From: Anaerovoracaceae bacterium
Lineage (GTDB): Bacteria > Bacillota > Clostridia > Peptostreptococcales > Anaerovoracaceae
Assembly (NCBI GenBank): GCA_045616685.1
Contig: JAZLHF010000002.1
Span: 1 to 24,000, forward strand
Reading direction: 5' to 3'
Length of the DNA: 24,000 bases
How positions within the stretch are numbered: the first letter of the stretch is position 1; each line of letters begins with the position of its first letter. The notes beneath the pieces were generated by a model that did no database searches, was not told where the DNA came from, and worked only from the letters and a program-made list of their open reading frames with translations. Below are positions 15,020-24,000 of this stretch, piece by piece. The position numbers and the translations under genes were made by a program.

Positions 15020-15190
15020 TTAATCCCCAAAACCTTCAGCAATAGCTGCATCAAACGCTGTATCAACAGCAGTAACAGCCTCACCAACATTGTCGGCTAA
15101 AGTTGTTGCATTATCTCCTAAACCAATAACTACGCCACTAATTGAAATTCCAAGTATTACTGTAGCTACTAAAACCATCAATTGTTTCAT
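15020..15190 (-). CDS. Small hydrophobic protein (56 aa), possible non-canonical Flp-like pilin
   Basis: ATG at 15190 with AAAGGGGA upstream. Translation: MKQLMVLVATVILGISISGVVIGLGDNATTLADNVGEAVTAVDTAFDAAIAEGFGD. The longer track ORF (to 15265) overlaps the upstream gene. Confidence 0.5.
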   Translation of the reverse strand: MKQLMVLVATVILGISISGVVIGLGDNATTLADNVGEAVTAVDTAFDAAIAEGFGD

Positions 15191-15203
15191 TGAATTTCCC
15201 CTT

Positions 15204-15716
15204 TCAAAACATTTGCTCAAATAACTTCTGTTGCTCAATAAAATACGCAACATATACAAAATCAAACATGACTAGCATTGCGTTCATTACGACTGGGAAG
15301 TAAATAATGTCCGAGATAATTTCGTTGTTTTGTTGTTTTCGTTCTAAATTATCTTCTCGCAAACTGTCAACGTATATATCAATGGTTCCAAGCAAGTCCT
15401 CAGAAGCTATATCTTCCCACCCTGCGAGGACTCTTCCTAGATCCTTTGAGAACCCATTACCAAAATAACCATAAAGAACATCTGCTGCCTTTTCTTTATC
15501 ATTGATATGTAAATATTGTCCCATACTTTGGAATGCTGGCTTAAGCTTATCTGAAATCTCAGCAAGTTCTTGCATCAATATTTCAGAGCTCACACCAGAA
15601 ACCTTGCCTAATATTACATTATTTCTGATAAATGCCAAAGCCTGCAGCAATTCCTGTTCTAAAGCAGCCTTTTGTCTTTCATTTTTTATACTTTTAAAAA
15701 ACTCTTTTATACGCAT
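15204..15716 (-). CDS. TadC-like (single T2SS-F-type domain) pilus assembly protein
   Basis: 170-aa ORF, helical, with a C-terminal TM segment (IIYFPVVMNAMLVMFDFVYVAYFI). It sits directly after the TadB-like gene. The assignment is largely positional. Confidence 0.4.
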   Translation of the reverse strand: MRIKEFFKSIKNERQKAALEQELLQALAFIRNNVILGKVSGVSSEILMQELAEISDKLKPAFQSMGQYLHINDKEKAADVLYGYFGNGFSKDLGRVLAGWEDIASEDLLGTIDIYVDSLREDNLERKQQNNEIISDIIYFPVVMNAMLVMFDFVYVAYFIEQQKLFEQMF

Positions 15717-15718
15717 TT

Positions 15719-16657
15719 TTAAATATCAAGCTTTCCACTACCTACTACCGCTAAAAGTAATAAATTAATGAGAAAAAGGAAAATGTTTACGAGGAATAGC
15801 ATAAATCCTGTTGGATTAAAGAATTGATTCATAAAAAGGGTTTCGGGATCTAAATCCAGATAAAAAATAGCAACAAGAATGCAAACAATGTACATGAAAG
15901 GAACAAGCAACAAGGTCATTCGAATTGCTTCCCCATTCAGCATTCTCCTTTTTTCTTCCAATGTATTAGCGTCCTTTAATTGTTTAGCGATATCGGCCAA
16001 AGCAGCAGACACATCTGTACCACTCTCAACAGCAATCCTTATGCATTGTCCCAACATCTTTGCCCAATTAGTACCATATGTAAAAACAAAATCGTTTATT
16101 GCAAGAATATTTTCCTTATGTCCCGAACTTGATCTTAAACGAATTAAAAGCATATATAAACTTTTTACAGAGAGCCTATAATCGCCTCCGGCATCAATGG
16201 TTTTATTAATAGCTTCGTTCATATTCAAGTTATTAATCCTATATTGCCTATAAAGCTCAGTAACAAGACTTATTCCTTCGTGGCTAGCCCTAGATCGATT
16301 AGTTTCAAGTCTTGCAGCCAATAAAAGAATAGGTAATGCAATAAATAAAAAAGATATAAACATTGCATAAATTGGGCCAAAGTTATGAAAACTTAGAATA
16401 TAAGAAATCATAAATAGTACTGTTTCCATTAAAATAAAGAACTTTCTGACAGAATCTTTCATAAAGCTAACTGTAAGAAGCTGTTCTACATATCTCAAAG
16501 GCTTCGGCAAATCTTTTTTAGGAGCTTTAAGAGCTCTAAGCCTATGTCTCAGCTTAATTCTTCTTCCTATGAGTTCAATCTGATCCCAAATGAGAAGCAT
16601 GAAGCCAAATACGAAACAAAAATATACACTTGTCTTAATTAATAACTCCAAGCTCAC
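15719..16657 (-). CDS. TadB-like type II secretion system F-family membrane protein
   Basis: 312 aa with N- and C-terminal TM clusters flanking a cytoplasmic helical domain. It overlaps the ATPase gene end (16635-16657). Confidence 0.55.
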   Translation of the reverse strand: MSLELLIKTSVYFCFVFGFMLLIWDQIELIGRRIKLRHRLRALKAPKKDLPKPLRYVEQLLTVSFMKDSVRKFFILMETVLFMISYILSFHNFGPIYAMFISFLFIALPILLLAARLETNRSRASHEGISLVTELYRQYRINNLNMNEAINKTIDAGGDYRLSVKSLYMLLIRLRSSSGHKENILAINDFVFTYGTNWAKMLGQCIRIAVESGTDVSAALADIAKQLKDANTLEEKRRMLNGEAIRMTLLLVPFMYIVCILVAIFYLDLDPETLFMNQFFNPTGFMLFLVNIFLFLINLLLLAVVGSGKLDI

Positions 16658-18008
16658 TTAGCTTTTTAAGTTCCTTTCTAAAGCTCTTGAAGGCAAGTTC
16701 ATCACTTTCAAGACCATACTTTTTCTTATCATCAGAAATAGTTTTACTCACAATTTTCCATTTATCACTACTTGGATCATACGCTAACATTTCATTAATT
16801 CTAAGTTTTCCTTTTGAGTCAATACCCATTTCATATATACCCATAAGTCTTTTTTGACTCTTATCTTTCAGCTGAACAAAATGGAAAATATAGTCAAAAC
16901 TATTTGCAAATTTATTCATTATCATTTCGACATTTCCTCCAACAGCATTTGATATTTCCATAGCAGCCTCCAAAGGTAATTGATAAGGATTTCTTGAATG
17001 TACTGTTAGTTTCATTCTTTTAGTTCCTTTATTTGCAATTCTCATTGCAGTATCAAGAGCTATGCCATCACGCGCCTCAGCCATAATAAGATAATCTGCA
17101 TCGCTTCGCATCAAATTTTTTGATATTGATGACAGGTCTTCGCCATCCGCAATAAGCTGAATGATTGGTGAATTTGGCAAGATTTTATGAAGAGGAATTT
17201 CAGGATCTGTTTCCACCATCACTCCCTCCAAACTTGGATCTTCATATGACTGCCATGTCGAAAGAAACGTTGTCTTAGCAGTTCTTACAGCACCCATAAA
17301 AATAACGTTATATCCAACAGCAATCATAGACTTTAGCATCGGAATAATTGCTTTAGGTATTGTGCCTCTTCTAGCTTGCTCCTCGAAACTTAAGGAAGGG
17401 ATAATATATCTTCTAAAGACAATTGATGCCTGGTTCTTCTTTGCCATAGGCTCAGTAAATACAGTTACACGAGTACCATCAAGCATGTACATTTCGTAAT
17501 AATCTTTATCCATTCTTTCTTCAGGAGTCGCAAGCATTATAGCTTTAATAAGTTGATTTTTTCGTTCTGATGAAATTTTTTGCGGCATAAGTTGCATCTT
17601 CCCGTTTTGCATGAAGAAAATATTTTCTCCAATAATTTTTGCGGAGCTGCTCTCTGAAAAATCATCACTAAACCATTGGGACATGCCAGCAAGCCCCCAA
17701 AGCTCCTGATAAATTGCATCTACTAAATCCTCATAATAGCTTGGACAGGTCGTATTTAGCATATTAAACTCTTTTAGAAGTTCATAAATTCTATTCTTGA
17801 AAAAATTCTTTTCTTTCTCATAACCAATTATGGCTCTCCTCTGAATCTCTAATGAAACACTAGAGTTATCTTGATTCTGCCAATCATCAAAGAAAGCTGT
17901 CTTAATCTTTTCACAAGTCTCAAAAAAACTTTTTGCCTCTATATTACTTTCTTCTTGCACTCTATACTGTTTTCTTCTTATATATTCATCAAGCTTTGAT
18001 TCTTGCAT
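16635..18008 (-). CDS. CpaF/TadA-type secretion ATPase (divergent)
   Basis: 457 aa. P-loop-like GAVRTAKTTFL, LIMAEARDGIALDTAMRIANKGTKRM and TVHSRNP resemble the Walker A, Asp/His boxes of VirB11/CpaF-family ATPases. Confidence 0.65.
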   Translation of the reverse strand: MQESKLDEYIRRKQYRVQEESNIEAKSFFETCEKIKTAFFDDWQNQDNSSVSLEIQRRAIIGYEKEKNFFKNRIYELLKEFNMLNTTCPSYYEDLVDAIYQELWGLAGMSQWFSDDFSESSSAKIIGENIFFMQNGKMQLMPQKISSERKNQLIKAIMLATPEERMDKDYYEMYMLDGTRVTVFTEPMAKKNQASIVFRRYIIPSLSFEEQARRGTIPKAIIPMLKSMIAVGYNVIFMGAVRTAKTTFLSTWQSYEDPSLEGVMVETDPEIPLHKILPNSPIIQLIADGEDLSSISKNLMRSDADYLIMAEARDGIALDTAMRIANKGTKRMKLTVHSRNPYQLPLEAAMEISNAVGGNVEMIMNKFANSFDYIFHFVQLKDKSQKRLMGIYEMGIDSKGKLRINEMLAYDPSSDKWKIVSKTISDDKKKYGLESDELAFKSFRKELKKLSELGVIN

Positions 18009-18729
18009 AATCGGTTATCACTCCGGCAATCTTGCCAATTTCATTTACAATTCGCTTAGTTGGTTTAAGATTAATTAAGCTTTGAGCCTTCATTTCAGCC
18101 ACATCACCCATACTATGTTCATGCACAAGCATCAAATCATTCTTATCAATCGAAAGGCGATCTGCTATATATGACGTCTCATACGCGCTATTTCTGTTAT
18201 ATTTATTGATAATAAACTTGTCGAAAAACAAATCAATTCTATCAAATAAGAATTCATGCCACTCATATCTCCCAAGCGAGCTTTCTCTTTGATTTAGAAC
18301 CATAAAGACTTTATCAGCAGCTAAAGTTGCCCCAAGCGATAAACCATCTTCTATGTTGCAACCTGAATCAAGAATCACAAAATCAAAGGCATCTTTTACA
18401 GCTTTGATTAACTTTTCTGACATATCTGGAGTCAAATATTCAGTCATACCTGGTTGCAACTGACTACCGATAATATACAAATTATCTTTATAATTTGATT
18501 TTTCTTTAATTTCATCTACATGAACAATAGATTGAGCCAAAAAAGGTCTAATTCTTTCAACACTTTCTCTGACTTTTAAGCAATATTCAGAACCTCTTCC
18601 TCCATCGCATTGAATCAGTAAAATGTTTTTATCTGGACAACTCCTTGCAAGAAGTTCTGCCGTACACTGTGCAAGTTGAGTCGTTCCAACTTTATGGTCA
18701 GATCCCAGAAAAGCAAAAACATTATTCAT
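17989..18729 (-). CDS. TadZ/CpaE-like (ParA/MinD-fold) pilus assembly ATPase
   Basis: 246 aa. The deviant P-loop FLGSDHKVGTTQLA and FDFVILDSG are typical of the ParA/MinD fold. It is the first large gene of the operon. Confidence 0.5.
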   Translation of the reverse strand: MNNVFAFLGSDHKVGTTQLAQCTAELLARSCPDKNILLIQCDGGRGSEYCLKVRESVERIRPFLAQSIVHVDEIKEKSNYKDNLYIIGSQLQPGMTEYLTPDMSEKLIKAVKDAFDFVILDSGCNIEDGLSLGATLAADKVFMVLNQRESSLGRYEWHEFLFDRIDLFFDKFIINKYNRNSAYETSYIADRLSIDKNDLMLVHEHSMGDVAEMKAQSLINLKPTKRIVNEIGKIAGVITDYARIKA

Positions 18730-18825
18730 TTAAAATCTCCATAATTCGTTAATATAGATTACATACGCTGCTACGGCCATAATTCCTAACCCAAGCAACC
18801 TTCTTAGCCATTTCACAATTAACAT
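18730..18825 (-). CDS. Tiny membrane peptide (31 aa) at head of tad operon
   Basis: ATG at 18825 with GGGAGA upstream. Translation: MLIVKWLRRLLGLGIMAVAAYVIYINELWRF. Its TAA directly abuts the next ATG. Below the ORF-track threshold. Confidence 0.3.
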   Translation of the reverse strand: MLIVKWLRRLLGLGIMAVAAYVIYINELWRF

Positions 18826-18851
18826 TTTCTCCCTGTAATATTTTTACATTT

Positions 18852-18879
18852 ATTTTACTACCTAATTTATGTTTGTCAA
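18852..18879 (-). promoter_or_regulatory. Candidate sigma-A promoter of the tad operon
   Basis: Minus strand has TTGACA (rc of 18874-18879), a 16-nt spacer, then TAAAAT (rc of 18852-18857), about 27 nt upstream of the first ATG. Confidence 0.5.
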
Positions 18880-18901
18880 TACATTTTTTACCATTTTTTA
18901 A

Positions 18902-18947
18902 TAAAAAAAATAACCAAAAAAAATAACCAGGCCTAAAGACCTGGTTA
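18902..18947 (-). terminator. Rho-independent terminator of glyQS
   Basis: TAACCAGG / CCTGGTTA forms an 8-bp stem (18924-18947). On the minus strand it is followed by a long T-rich tract (rc of 18902-18923). Confidence 0.7.
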
Positions 18948-18957
18948 AATATTTTGT

Positions 18958-20370
18958 TTAGAATTCTAAGCTCTTCGCAATATAATTCTTTAATTCGGAA
19001 ATTGGCATACGAATTTGTTCCATCGTATCTCTATCACGAACTGTTACGCAGCCATCGTTTTCACTATCAAAGTCATATGTGATGCAGAATGGTGTACCAA
19101 TTTCATCCTGACGTCTATAAAGCTTACCAATGCTTCCGCTCTGATCGTAATCAACCATGAAGTACTTAGAAAGCTCCTGATAAAGCTTTGTTGCTGGTTC
19201 AGCAAGTTTCTTAGAAAGCGGAAGAACCGCAGCTTTAAATGGCGCAAGTGCTGGGTGGAAGTGCATTACGACACGACTATCCTCCTTGCCATCCTTGCTT
19301 AAATCCTGAAGTTCATAAGCATCGCAAAGAAAAGCGAGTGCAACACGATCAGCCCCAAGTGATGGTTCTACTACGTAAGGAATATATCTCTGGTTTGAAA
19401 CAGGATCAATGTATTCCATGTTCTGGCCCGAAGTTTCTTGATGTCTTGTTAAATCGTAGTTCGTTCTATCAGCAATTCCCCAAAGTTCACCCCATCCAAA
19501 TGGGAAGAGATACTCGAAGTCGGTTGTCGCACGGCTATAGAATGAAAGTTCTTCTGGAGAGTGATCTCTAAGTCTAAGCTTATCCATGTGCATTCCTAAA
19601 TCCTCAAGGAACTTTCTGCAATATTCTTTCCAATATGCAAACCACTCAAGATCTGTATCTGGCTCGCAGAAGAATTCAAGTTCCATCTGTTCGAATTCTC
19701 TAATTCTAAAGATGAAGTTACCCGGAGTAATTTCATTTCTGAATGATTTACCAATTTGAGCAATTCCAAATGGAATCTTCTTTCTTGTTGTTCTTTGCAC
19801 ATTCTTGAAATTTACAAAGATGCCCTGAGCTGTTTCAGGACGTAAGTATAATTCTGATTTTGAATCTTCGGTAACACCTTGATATGTCTTGAACATAAGG
19901 TTGAACTGACGAATATTTGTGAAATTGGTCTTACCACAGTCAGGACATGGAACCTTATGTTCTGCAATCCAGTTTTCCATTTGTTCATTTGACCAACCAT
20001 CACAAGATTCACAACCCAAATCAATATTATTATCATGAGCAAAGTCTTCAATTAACTTATCAGCTCTATGTCTCGCGTGGCATTCTTTGCAATCCATTAA
20101 TGGATCAGAGAAACCACCAACATGACCAGAAGCTACCCATGTCATAGGGTTCATAATAATAGCAGCATCAAGACCGACATTGTACGGTGATTCTTGTACA
20201 AACTTCTTCCACCATGCAGCTTTTACATTGTTCTTAAAAAGGACTCCAACTGGGCCGTAGTCCCATGAATTTGCTAAGCCCCCATAGATTTCGGAACCAG
20301 GATATAAGAAACCTCTATTTTTGCATAATGCAACAATGTCATCCATGCTAAATTCTTTACTCATCGTCAT
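18958..20370 (-). CDS. glyQS: Glycine--tRNA ligase (class II, homodimeric type)
   Basis: 470 aa with [42 protein letters not shown] and an anticodon-binding C-terminus. Confidence 0.95.
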   Translation of the reverse strand: MTMSKEFSMDDIVALCKNRGFLYPGSEIYGGLANSWDYGPVGVLFKNNVKAAWWKKFVQESPYNVGLDAAIIMNPMTWVASGHVGGFSDPLMDCKECHARHRADKLIEDFAHDNNIDLGCESCDGWSNEQMENWIAEHKVPCPDCGKTNFTNIRQFNLMFKTYQGVTEDSKSELYLRPETAQGIFVNFKNVQRTTRKKIPFGIAQIGKSFRNEITPGNFIFRIREFEQMELEFFCEPDTDLEWFAYWKEYCRKFLEDLGMHMDKLRLRDHSPEELSFYSRATTDFEYLFPFGWGELWGIADRTNYDLTRHQETSGQNMEYIDPVSNQRYIPYVVEPSLGADRVALAFLCDAYELQDLSKDGKEDSRVVMHFHPALAPFKAAVLPLSKKLAEPATKLYQELSKYFMVDYDQSGSIGKLYRRQDEIGTPFCITYDFDSENDGCVTVRDRDTMEQIRMPISELKNYIAKSLEF

Positions 20371-20992
20371 CCTCCAACTCGCTAAAATCTACGTCTGATA
20401 AGTCAAGATTCTCTAAATCTTCGGAATCAATGATATCTCCGTCAATTGTCTTTTTAAAAGCTCCAGCTTTTTCTTTTGCGACATCCCAAGCCTGTTTGCC
20501 TTTTTCTTTGGCAATGCTAATTGCATCTAATCCTTTATCTTTTACTTCGTCAAATACAACTCCGCCCTTTGACTTTGCCTTTTCGAATGCTTCGTTTGCT
20601 TTTGAAGATACATCTATAATCTCTCCGCTGTCCTTTACGATTTCAATTTGGCACTTTGTCCCAAATGCGGCAATTATGCTTGCGACAGCCGCCCACGGGA
20701 ATAAGACTGTACCAACAATACCGATATTAACAGGAAGATTAAGAAGAACTTCCCCATCCTTCTTAATTAAAAGTTTGTTAATATTACCCTTTTTAATAGT
20801 GTCCTTGATCACATCAACAGCAGCTGAAACTCTTGTTTCAGATGTGCTAGCACTCTGATCAATATTGTCTTCAATTAAAATAATTGCATCAACAACATTG
20901 CCTTCAGTTTTTTCAAGGGCTTCTTTTGCCTCCTTGTAGCTAACACCAGTTCTGTCTTTTACTAACTCAATTTTTTCAAGTGTAATTTCCAT
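20357..20992 (-). CDS. UBA/EF-Ts-N-like domain protein (DUF4342-like)
   Basis: 211 aa. The N-terminus [39 protein letters not shown] is UBA-like. It has an acidic C-terminus and overlaps the glyQS start by 14 nt. Confidence 0.6.
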   Translation of the reverse strand: MEITLEKIELVKDRTGVSYKEAKEALEKTEGNVVDAIILIEDNIDQSASTSETRVSAAVDVIKDTIKKGNINKLLIKKDGEVLLNLPVNIGIVGTVLFPWAAVASIIAAFGTKCQIEIVKDSGEIIDVSSKANEAFEKAKSKGGVVFDEVKDKGLDAISIAKEKGKQAWDVAKEKAGAFKKTIDGDIIDSEDLENLDLSDVDFSELEDDDE

Positions 20993-21005
20993 AGCTGTTC
21001 CCTTT

Positions 21006-21644
21006 CTAAATCATTAATCCTTCGCTCTTTAAATTATCTAAACCCAAATACGTTGCGAAGTACTCTTTTAATAATTGCCTAATTTTATTTTCTATATCTG
21101 ACTTTAGGGCTAAATTTTCAAGCTCTAAAAGTTTATGGTCTTCTACAAATTTTAATGTTTCTATTATATCAGCGCTAACGTTACTTTTCAAACCCTCGCT
21201 AGCTGTAAGCCCTTGTAGCTTTAGCAATTTTAGTTGATAACCGATAACTAATGTATCATAGGCCTTCTTTCGGTTTTCAAGCATTTTCAAGAACTCTAAC
21301 AAAAGCATAAAAAGCTTTGGCTGAGGTTGTTCTTCCATCAAGGCTTTATCAGTTAGCTCAAGTACATAGCAAGCAGCCATATACTTATCAACATCTTCGC
21401 CAAGTGCATAATAGCTTTTCAAGGTTTCAGCCCCTTGTATATTGTAGCTGTCACGTCCTTTAAGCAGTTCGTACTTTCCATAAGTAAATGGCCTAAGTGC
21501 CAAAGCTGTCTTATTCTTTCCTCCTTCGCTAAAAGAAGATCCACAAGAAATCTTTCCATAGTTCTTAGAGAAAACCGTAATCATTCGGCGAGAATTTATA
21601 GTTTTAACTTGTCTTAATACTATTCCTTCGGTCTGAATATACAT
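21006..21644 (-). CDS. recO: DNA repair protein RecO
   Basis: 212 aa with a RecO-like OB-fold N-terminus (TEGIVLRQVKTINSRRMITVFSKNYGKIS). It occupies the conserved position after era. Confidence 0.8.
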   Translation of the reverse strand: MYIQTEGIVLRQVKTINSRRMITVFSKNYGKISCGSSFSEGGKNKTALALRPFTYGKYELLKGRDSYNIQGAETLKSYYALGEDVDKYMAACYVLELTDKALMEEQPQPKLFMLLLEFLKMLENRKKAYDTLVIGYQLKLLKLQGLTASEGLKSNVSADIIETLKFVEDHKLLELENLALKSDIENKIRQLLKEYFATYLGLDNLKSEGLMI

Positions 21645-22534
21645 TAATCTTCTTTATGATATCCAAAATTACTAATAGCAATTTCGTTATCACGCCAGTT
21701 TTCCTTAACTTTTACAAAAGTCTCAAGATAAACCTTAGTCCCAACTAAGCTTTCAATCTCTTCTCTAGCGCTCTTTCCAACGCCCTTAATCTTCTTGCCG
21801 CCCTTACCAATAATAATTGCTTTATGTGATTGCTTTTCGCAATAAATAACAGCATTGATTCTTGTAAGATTATCAAGTTCCTGATACTGCTCAATCTCTA
21901 CAGCAACGCCATGTGGAACTTCTTCGTCTAAATATAGGAGAAGCTTTTCTCTAATAATTTCTGATACTAAAAACCTCATTGGGTTATCAGTAATCATATC
22001 GTCTGGAAAGAACTGAGGACCTTCATCTAAATAAGGCTTAATCTTCTCAATGACAACATCAGTATTTTTTGCCTCAAGTGCATTAGTTCCAATTATTTCT
22101 TTAAATATTCCAAGCTCTTCATAACTCTTGTAAATCTGTTCATAGACTTCAGGCTCTATTTTATCAATCTTGTTAATGATAAGAATCTTTGGCGTATCTA
22201 TAGCTTTAAGCTTTGCAAGAATAAAACTGTCACCTCCAGCACGCTCTTGCATAGGAGAATCAATTAAGAATAAGACTACATCAGCTTCTTTTAAGCTACC
22301 AAGCGCCATATCTGTCATATAGCCACCAAGTTTATTCTTTGGTTTGTGAATTCCAGGAGTATCTACAAAAACTATCTGATATTCGCCAGGTTCTGTATAT
22401 ATTCCGCGAATTGTATTTCTTGTTGTTTGAGGCTTGTTAGTAGCAATCGCAATCTTCTCTCCAAGAATTGCATTCATAAGTGTAGATTTACCCACATTAG
22501 GCCTACCAACAATACCAATAAATCCTGTCTTCAT
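21644..22534 (-). CDS. era: GTPase Era
   Basis: GRPNVGKSTLMN (G1), DTPG (G3), NKID (G4) and a C-terminal KH domain (IIGKGGKKIKGVG). Confidence 0.95.
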   Translation of the reverse strand: MKTGFIGIVGRPNVGKSTLMNAILGEKIAIATNKPQTTRNTIRGIYTEPGEYQIVFVDTPGIHKPKNKLGGYMTDMALGSLKEADVVLFLIDSPMQERAGGDSFILAKLKAIDTPKILIINKIDKIEPEVYEQIYKSYEELGIFKEIIGTNALEAKNTDVVIEKIKPYLDEGPQFFPDDMITDNPMRFLVSEIIREKLLLYLDEEVPHGVAVEIEQYQELDNLTRINAVIYCEKQSHKAIIIGKGGKKIKGVGKSAREEIESLVGTKVYLETFVKVKENWRDNEIAISNFGYHKED

Positions 22535-22559
22535 TTAGATTTAATTCCTTCTTTTCAAC

Positions 22560-23003
22560 CTATTTTTCGAGTTTAGAAAGATTGTAAAGAGCCATCACCT
22601 TTTCTTCCTTGGCACGCATAATTTTCTTATCAGCCTCTTTTATATGATCATATCCAAGAAGATGAAATACTGAATGAGTGAAGAGGTACATTGATTCTCT
22701 CTCTTCACTGTGACCAAATTCCTTTGCCTGAGCCCTTACCTTATCCATGCAAATAACCACATCGCCAAGTTCAAGCTCGGGAACATCAGGAAACTCTCCC
22801 TCATACATAGGGAAGGAAAGTACATCAGTCACCTCATCGACATTTCTATATTTTTTATTGAGCTTTTTAATTTCTTCTTTACTTACAAATGAAACTGAAA
22901 TGGAAATCTTTTCAGGATTTAATCCTTCCTCGCAAGCACAAAGAACCGCAATTGTGTACATAGCCTTTTCAGCTGTCGTTTTTTCATTGAAGTAGATTTT
23001 CAT
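22560..23003 (-). CDS. ybeY: rRNA maturation endoribonuclease YbeY
   Basis: 147 aa with the zinc motif HSVFHLLGYDH. Confidence 0.9.
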   Translation of the reverse strand: MKIYFNEKTTAEKAMYTIAVLCACEEGLNPEKISISVSFVSKEEIKKLNKKYRNVDEVTDVLSFPMYEGEFPDVPELELGDVVICMDKVRAQAKEFGHSEERESMYLFTHSVFHLLGYDHIKEADKKIMRAKEEKVMALYNLSKLEK

Positions 23004-23962
23004 TATTTTTCTTCAAATCTTTCTGCAAATTTATCGTATGCATTAACAATTCGTCTTACTAGCGGATGTCTTACAACATCAGCATCTTTTAACCGGCAAA
23101 ACGCAATGCCTTCAACATCTTTTAAAATATGCATTGCATCTGTAAGTCCACTTGCCTTACCTATTGGCAAATCAACCTGAGTAATGTCCCCAGTAATTAT
23201 CATCTTCGATCCAAATCCCATCCTTGTGAGGAACATCTTCATCTGCTCTTTTGTAGCATTTTGTGCTTCATCAAGAATGATAAATGAATTATCAAGGGTA
23301 CGGCCTCTCATATATGCAAGGGGAACAACTTCAATCACTTCCTTTTCCTTCAGTCTTAAAGCTGCATCTCTTCCCAGCATTTCGTAAAGTGCATCATACA
23401 AAGGCCTAAGATAAGGGTCAACCTTTTCTTGAAGATCTCCAGGGAGGAAGCCTAAACGCTCACCTGCCTCAACTGCAGGTCTTGCAAGAATAAGTTTTTC
23501 AACTTCTTTATTCTTCAAAGAATTAATTGCCATTGCAACTGCAAGATAAGTTTTACCTGTGCCGGCAGGACCGATGCCAAAGCAAACATCATGGGTCTTC
23601 ATAGCATTAACATAGTCCTTTTGCCCCAAAGTCTTAGCCTTAATTGGCTTACCCCTATGGGTAAAGCAAACTACGTCCTTTGAAACATTACTCTTTGTGT
23701 AAGAAATTCCATCCTGCGATAAAGATAAAATGTAATCTATCTTTTGTTCATCCAAAGTCTGCCCTTGGTCGACTACAGCAAATAATTCATTAATTACACT
23801 TACTGCCCTATCCACCTCTTCGCCTTTAACTGTGATTTCGTCTCCGCGATAGAGAATTTCTACGTTGCAATCTTTTTCTATAGCCTTCAAATTAGCATCC
23901 AATGTTCCGAAAACCAATGCTGGTTCGGTTATGCTTTGGGGACTAAATTTTAGTTCGTTCAT
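23003..23962 (-). CDS. phoH: PhoH-family ATPase
   Basis: Walker A GPAGTGKTYLAVA, ILDEAQN and GDITQVDLP. ATG at 23962 with GGAGG (rc of 23967-23971). The track start at 23992 is the alternative. Confidence 0.9.
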   Translation of the reverse strand: MNELKFSPQSITEPALVFGTLDANLKAIEKDCNVEILYRGDEITVKGEEVDRAVSVINELFAVVDQGQTLDEQKIDYILSLSQDGISYTKSNVSKDVVCFTHRGKPIKAKTLGQKDYVNAMKTHDVCFGIGPAGTGKTYLAVAMAINSLKNKEVEKLILARPAVEAGERLGFLPGDLQEKVDPYLRPLYDALYEMLGRDAALRLKEKEVIEVVPLAYMRGRTLDNSFIILDEAQNATKEQMKMFLTRMGFGSKMIITGDITQVDLPIGKASGLTDAMHILKDVEGIAFCRLKDADVVRHPLVRRIVNAYDKFAERFEEK

Positions 23963-24000
23963 TAAGCCTCCTAAAAGTACACAACTTGACACTTTATTAT

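Noticed and set aside
14802-15023. 73-aa plus-strand ORF spanning the island junction and lying antisense to the small hydrophobic gene.
   Set aside because: It has no SD and low-complexity Leu/Ser/Phe-rich content typical of antisense frames of AT-rich genes. It also crosses the att junction.
20371-20430. T-box leader expected upstream of a Firmicute glyQS.
   Set aside because: The upstream UBA/DUF4342-like gene overlaps the glyQS start, leaving no leader space. Any T-box would have to lie further upstream, and none is evident between 20993 and 21005.

Overview
AT-rich Firmicutes/Clostridia-like chromosomal window. The right third (18.9-24 kb, all minus strand) is a conserved housekeeping run: phoH, ybeY, era, recO, a UBA/DUF4342-like gene and glyQS. 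Next to it (14.86-18.83 kb, minus) is a divergent Tad/Flp-type pilus operon with a TadZ/CpaE-like ATPase, a CpaF/TadA ATPase, two T2SS-F-type membrane proteins and two tiny paralogous hydrophobic proteins. This operon appears to be split by a ~13.5 kb integrative island (about 1320-14855). The two remaining translationally coupled pilus accessory genes lie on the far side, at 521-1332. The island junctions carry a 14-nt direct repeat plus 22-nt inverted island arms. Joined, these reconstruct a near-perfect palindromic attP and an intact start (ATG AAG CAG TTT...) for the interrupted gene. Island cargo, in order: (1) a 946-aa fusion of an ExoIII/APE-type nuclease with a group-II-intron-like reverse transcriptase, which is the most unusual feature; (2) a large serine recombinase; (3) a Zn-ribbon protein coupled to a small resolvase; (4) a 465-aa wHTH/Rep-like protein followed by an AT-rich palindromic region; (5) a three-gene operon of a 92-aa protein, a soluble FtsH-like AAA+/M41 protease and a 365-aa internally duplicated protein; (6) a C5 cytosine methyltransferase with a PD-(D/E)XK nuclease (type II R-M); (7) a SymE-family toxin. 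A partial Fic-family gene sits at the left edge. I saw no tRNA, rRNA or CRISPR array. All calls rest on reading motifs by eye; no database search was possible.
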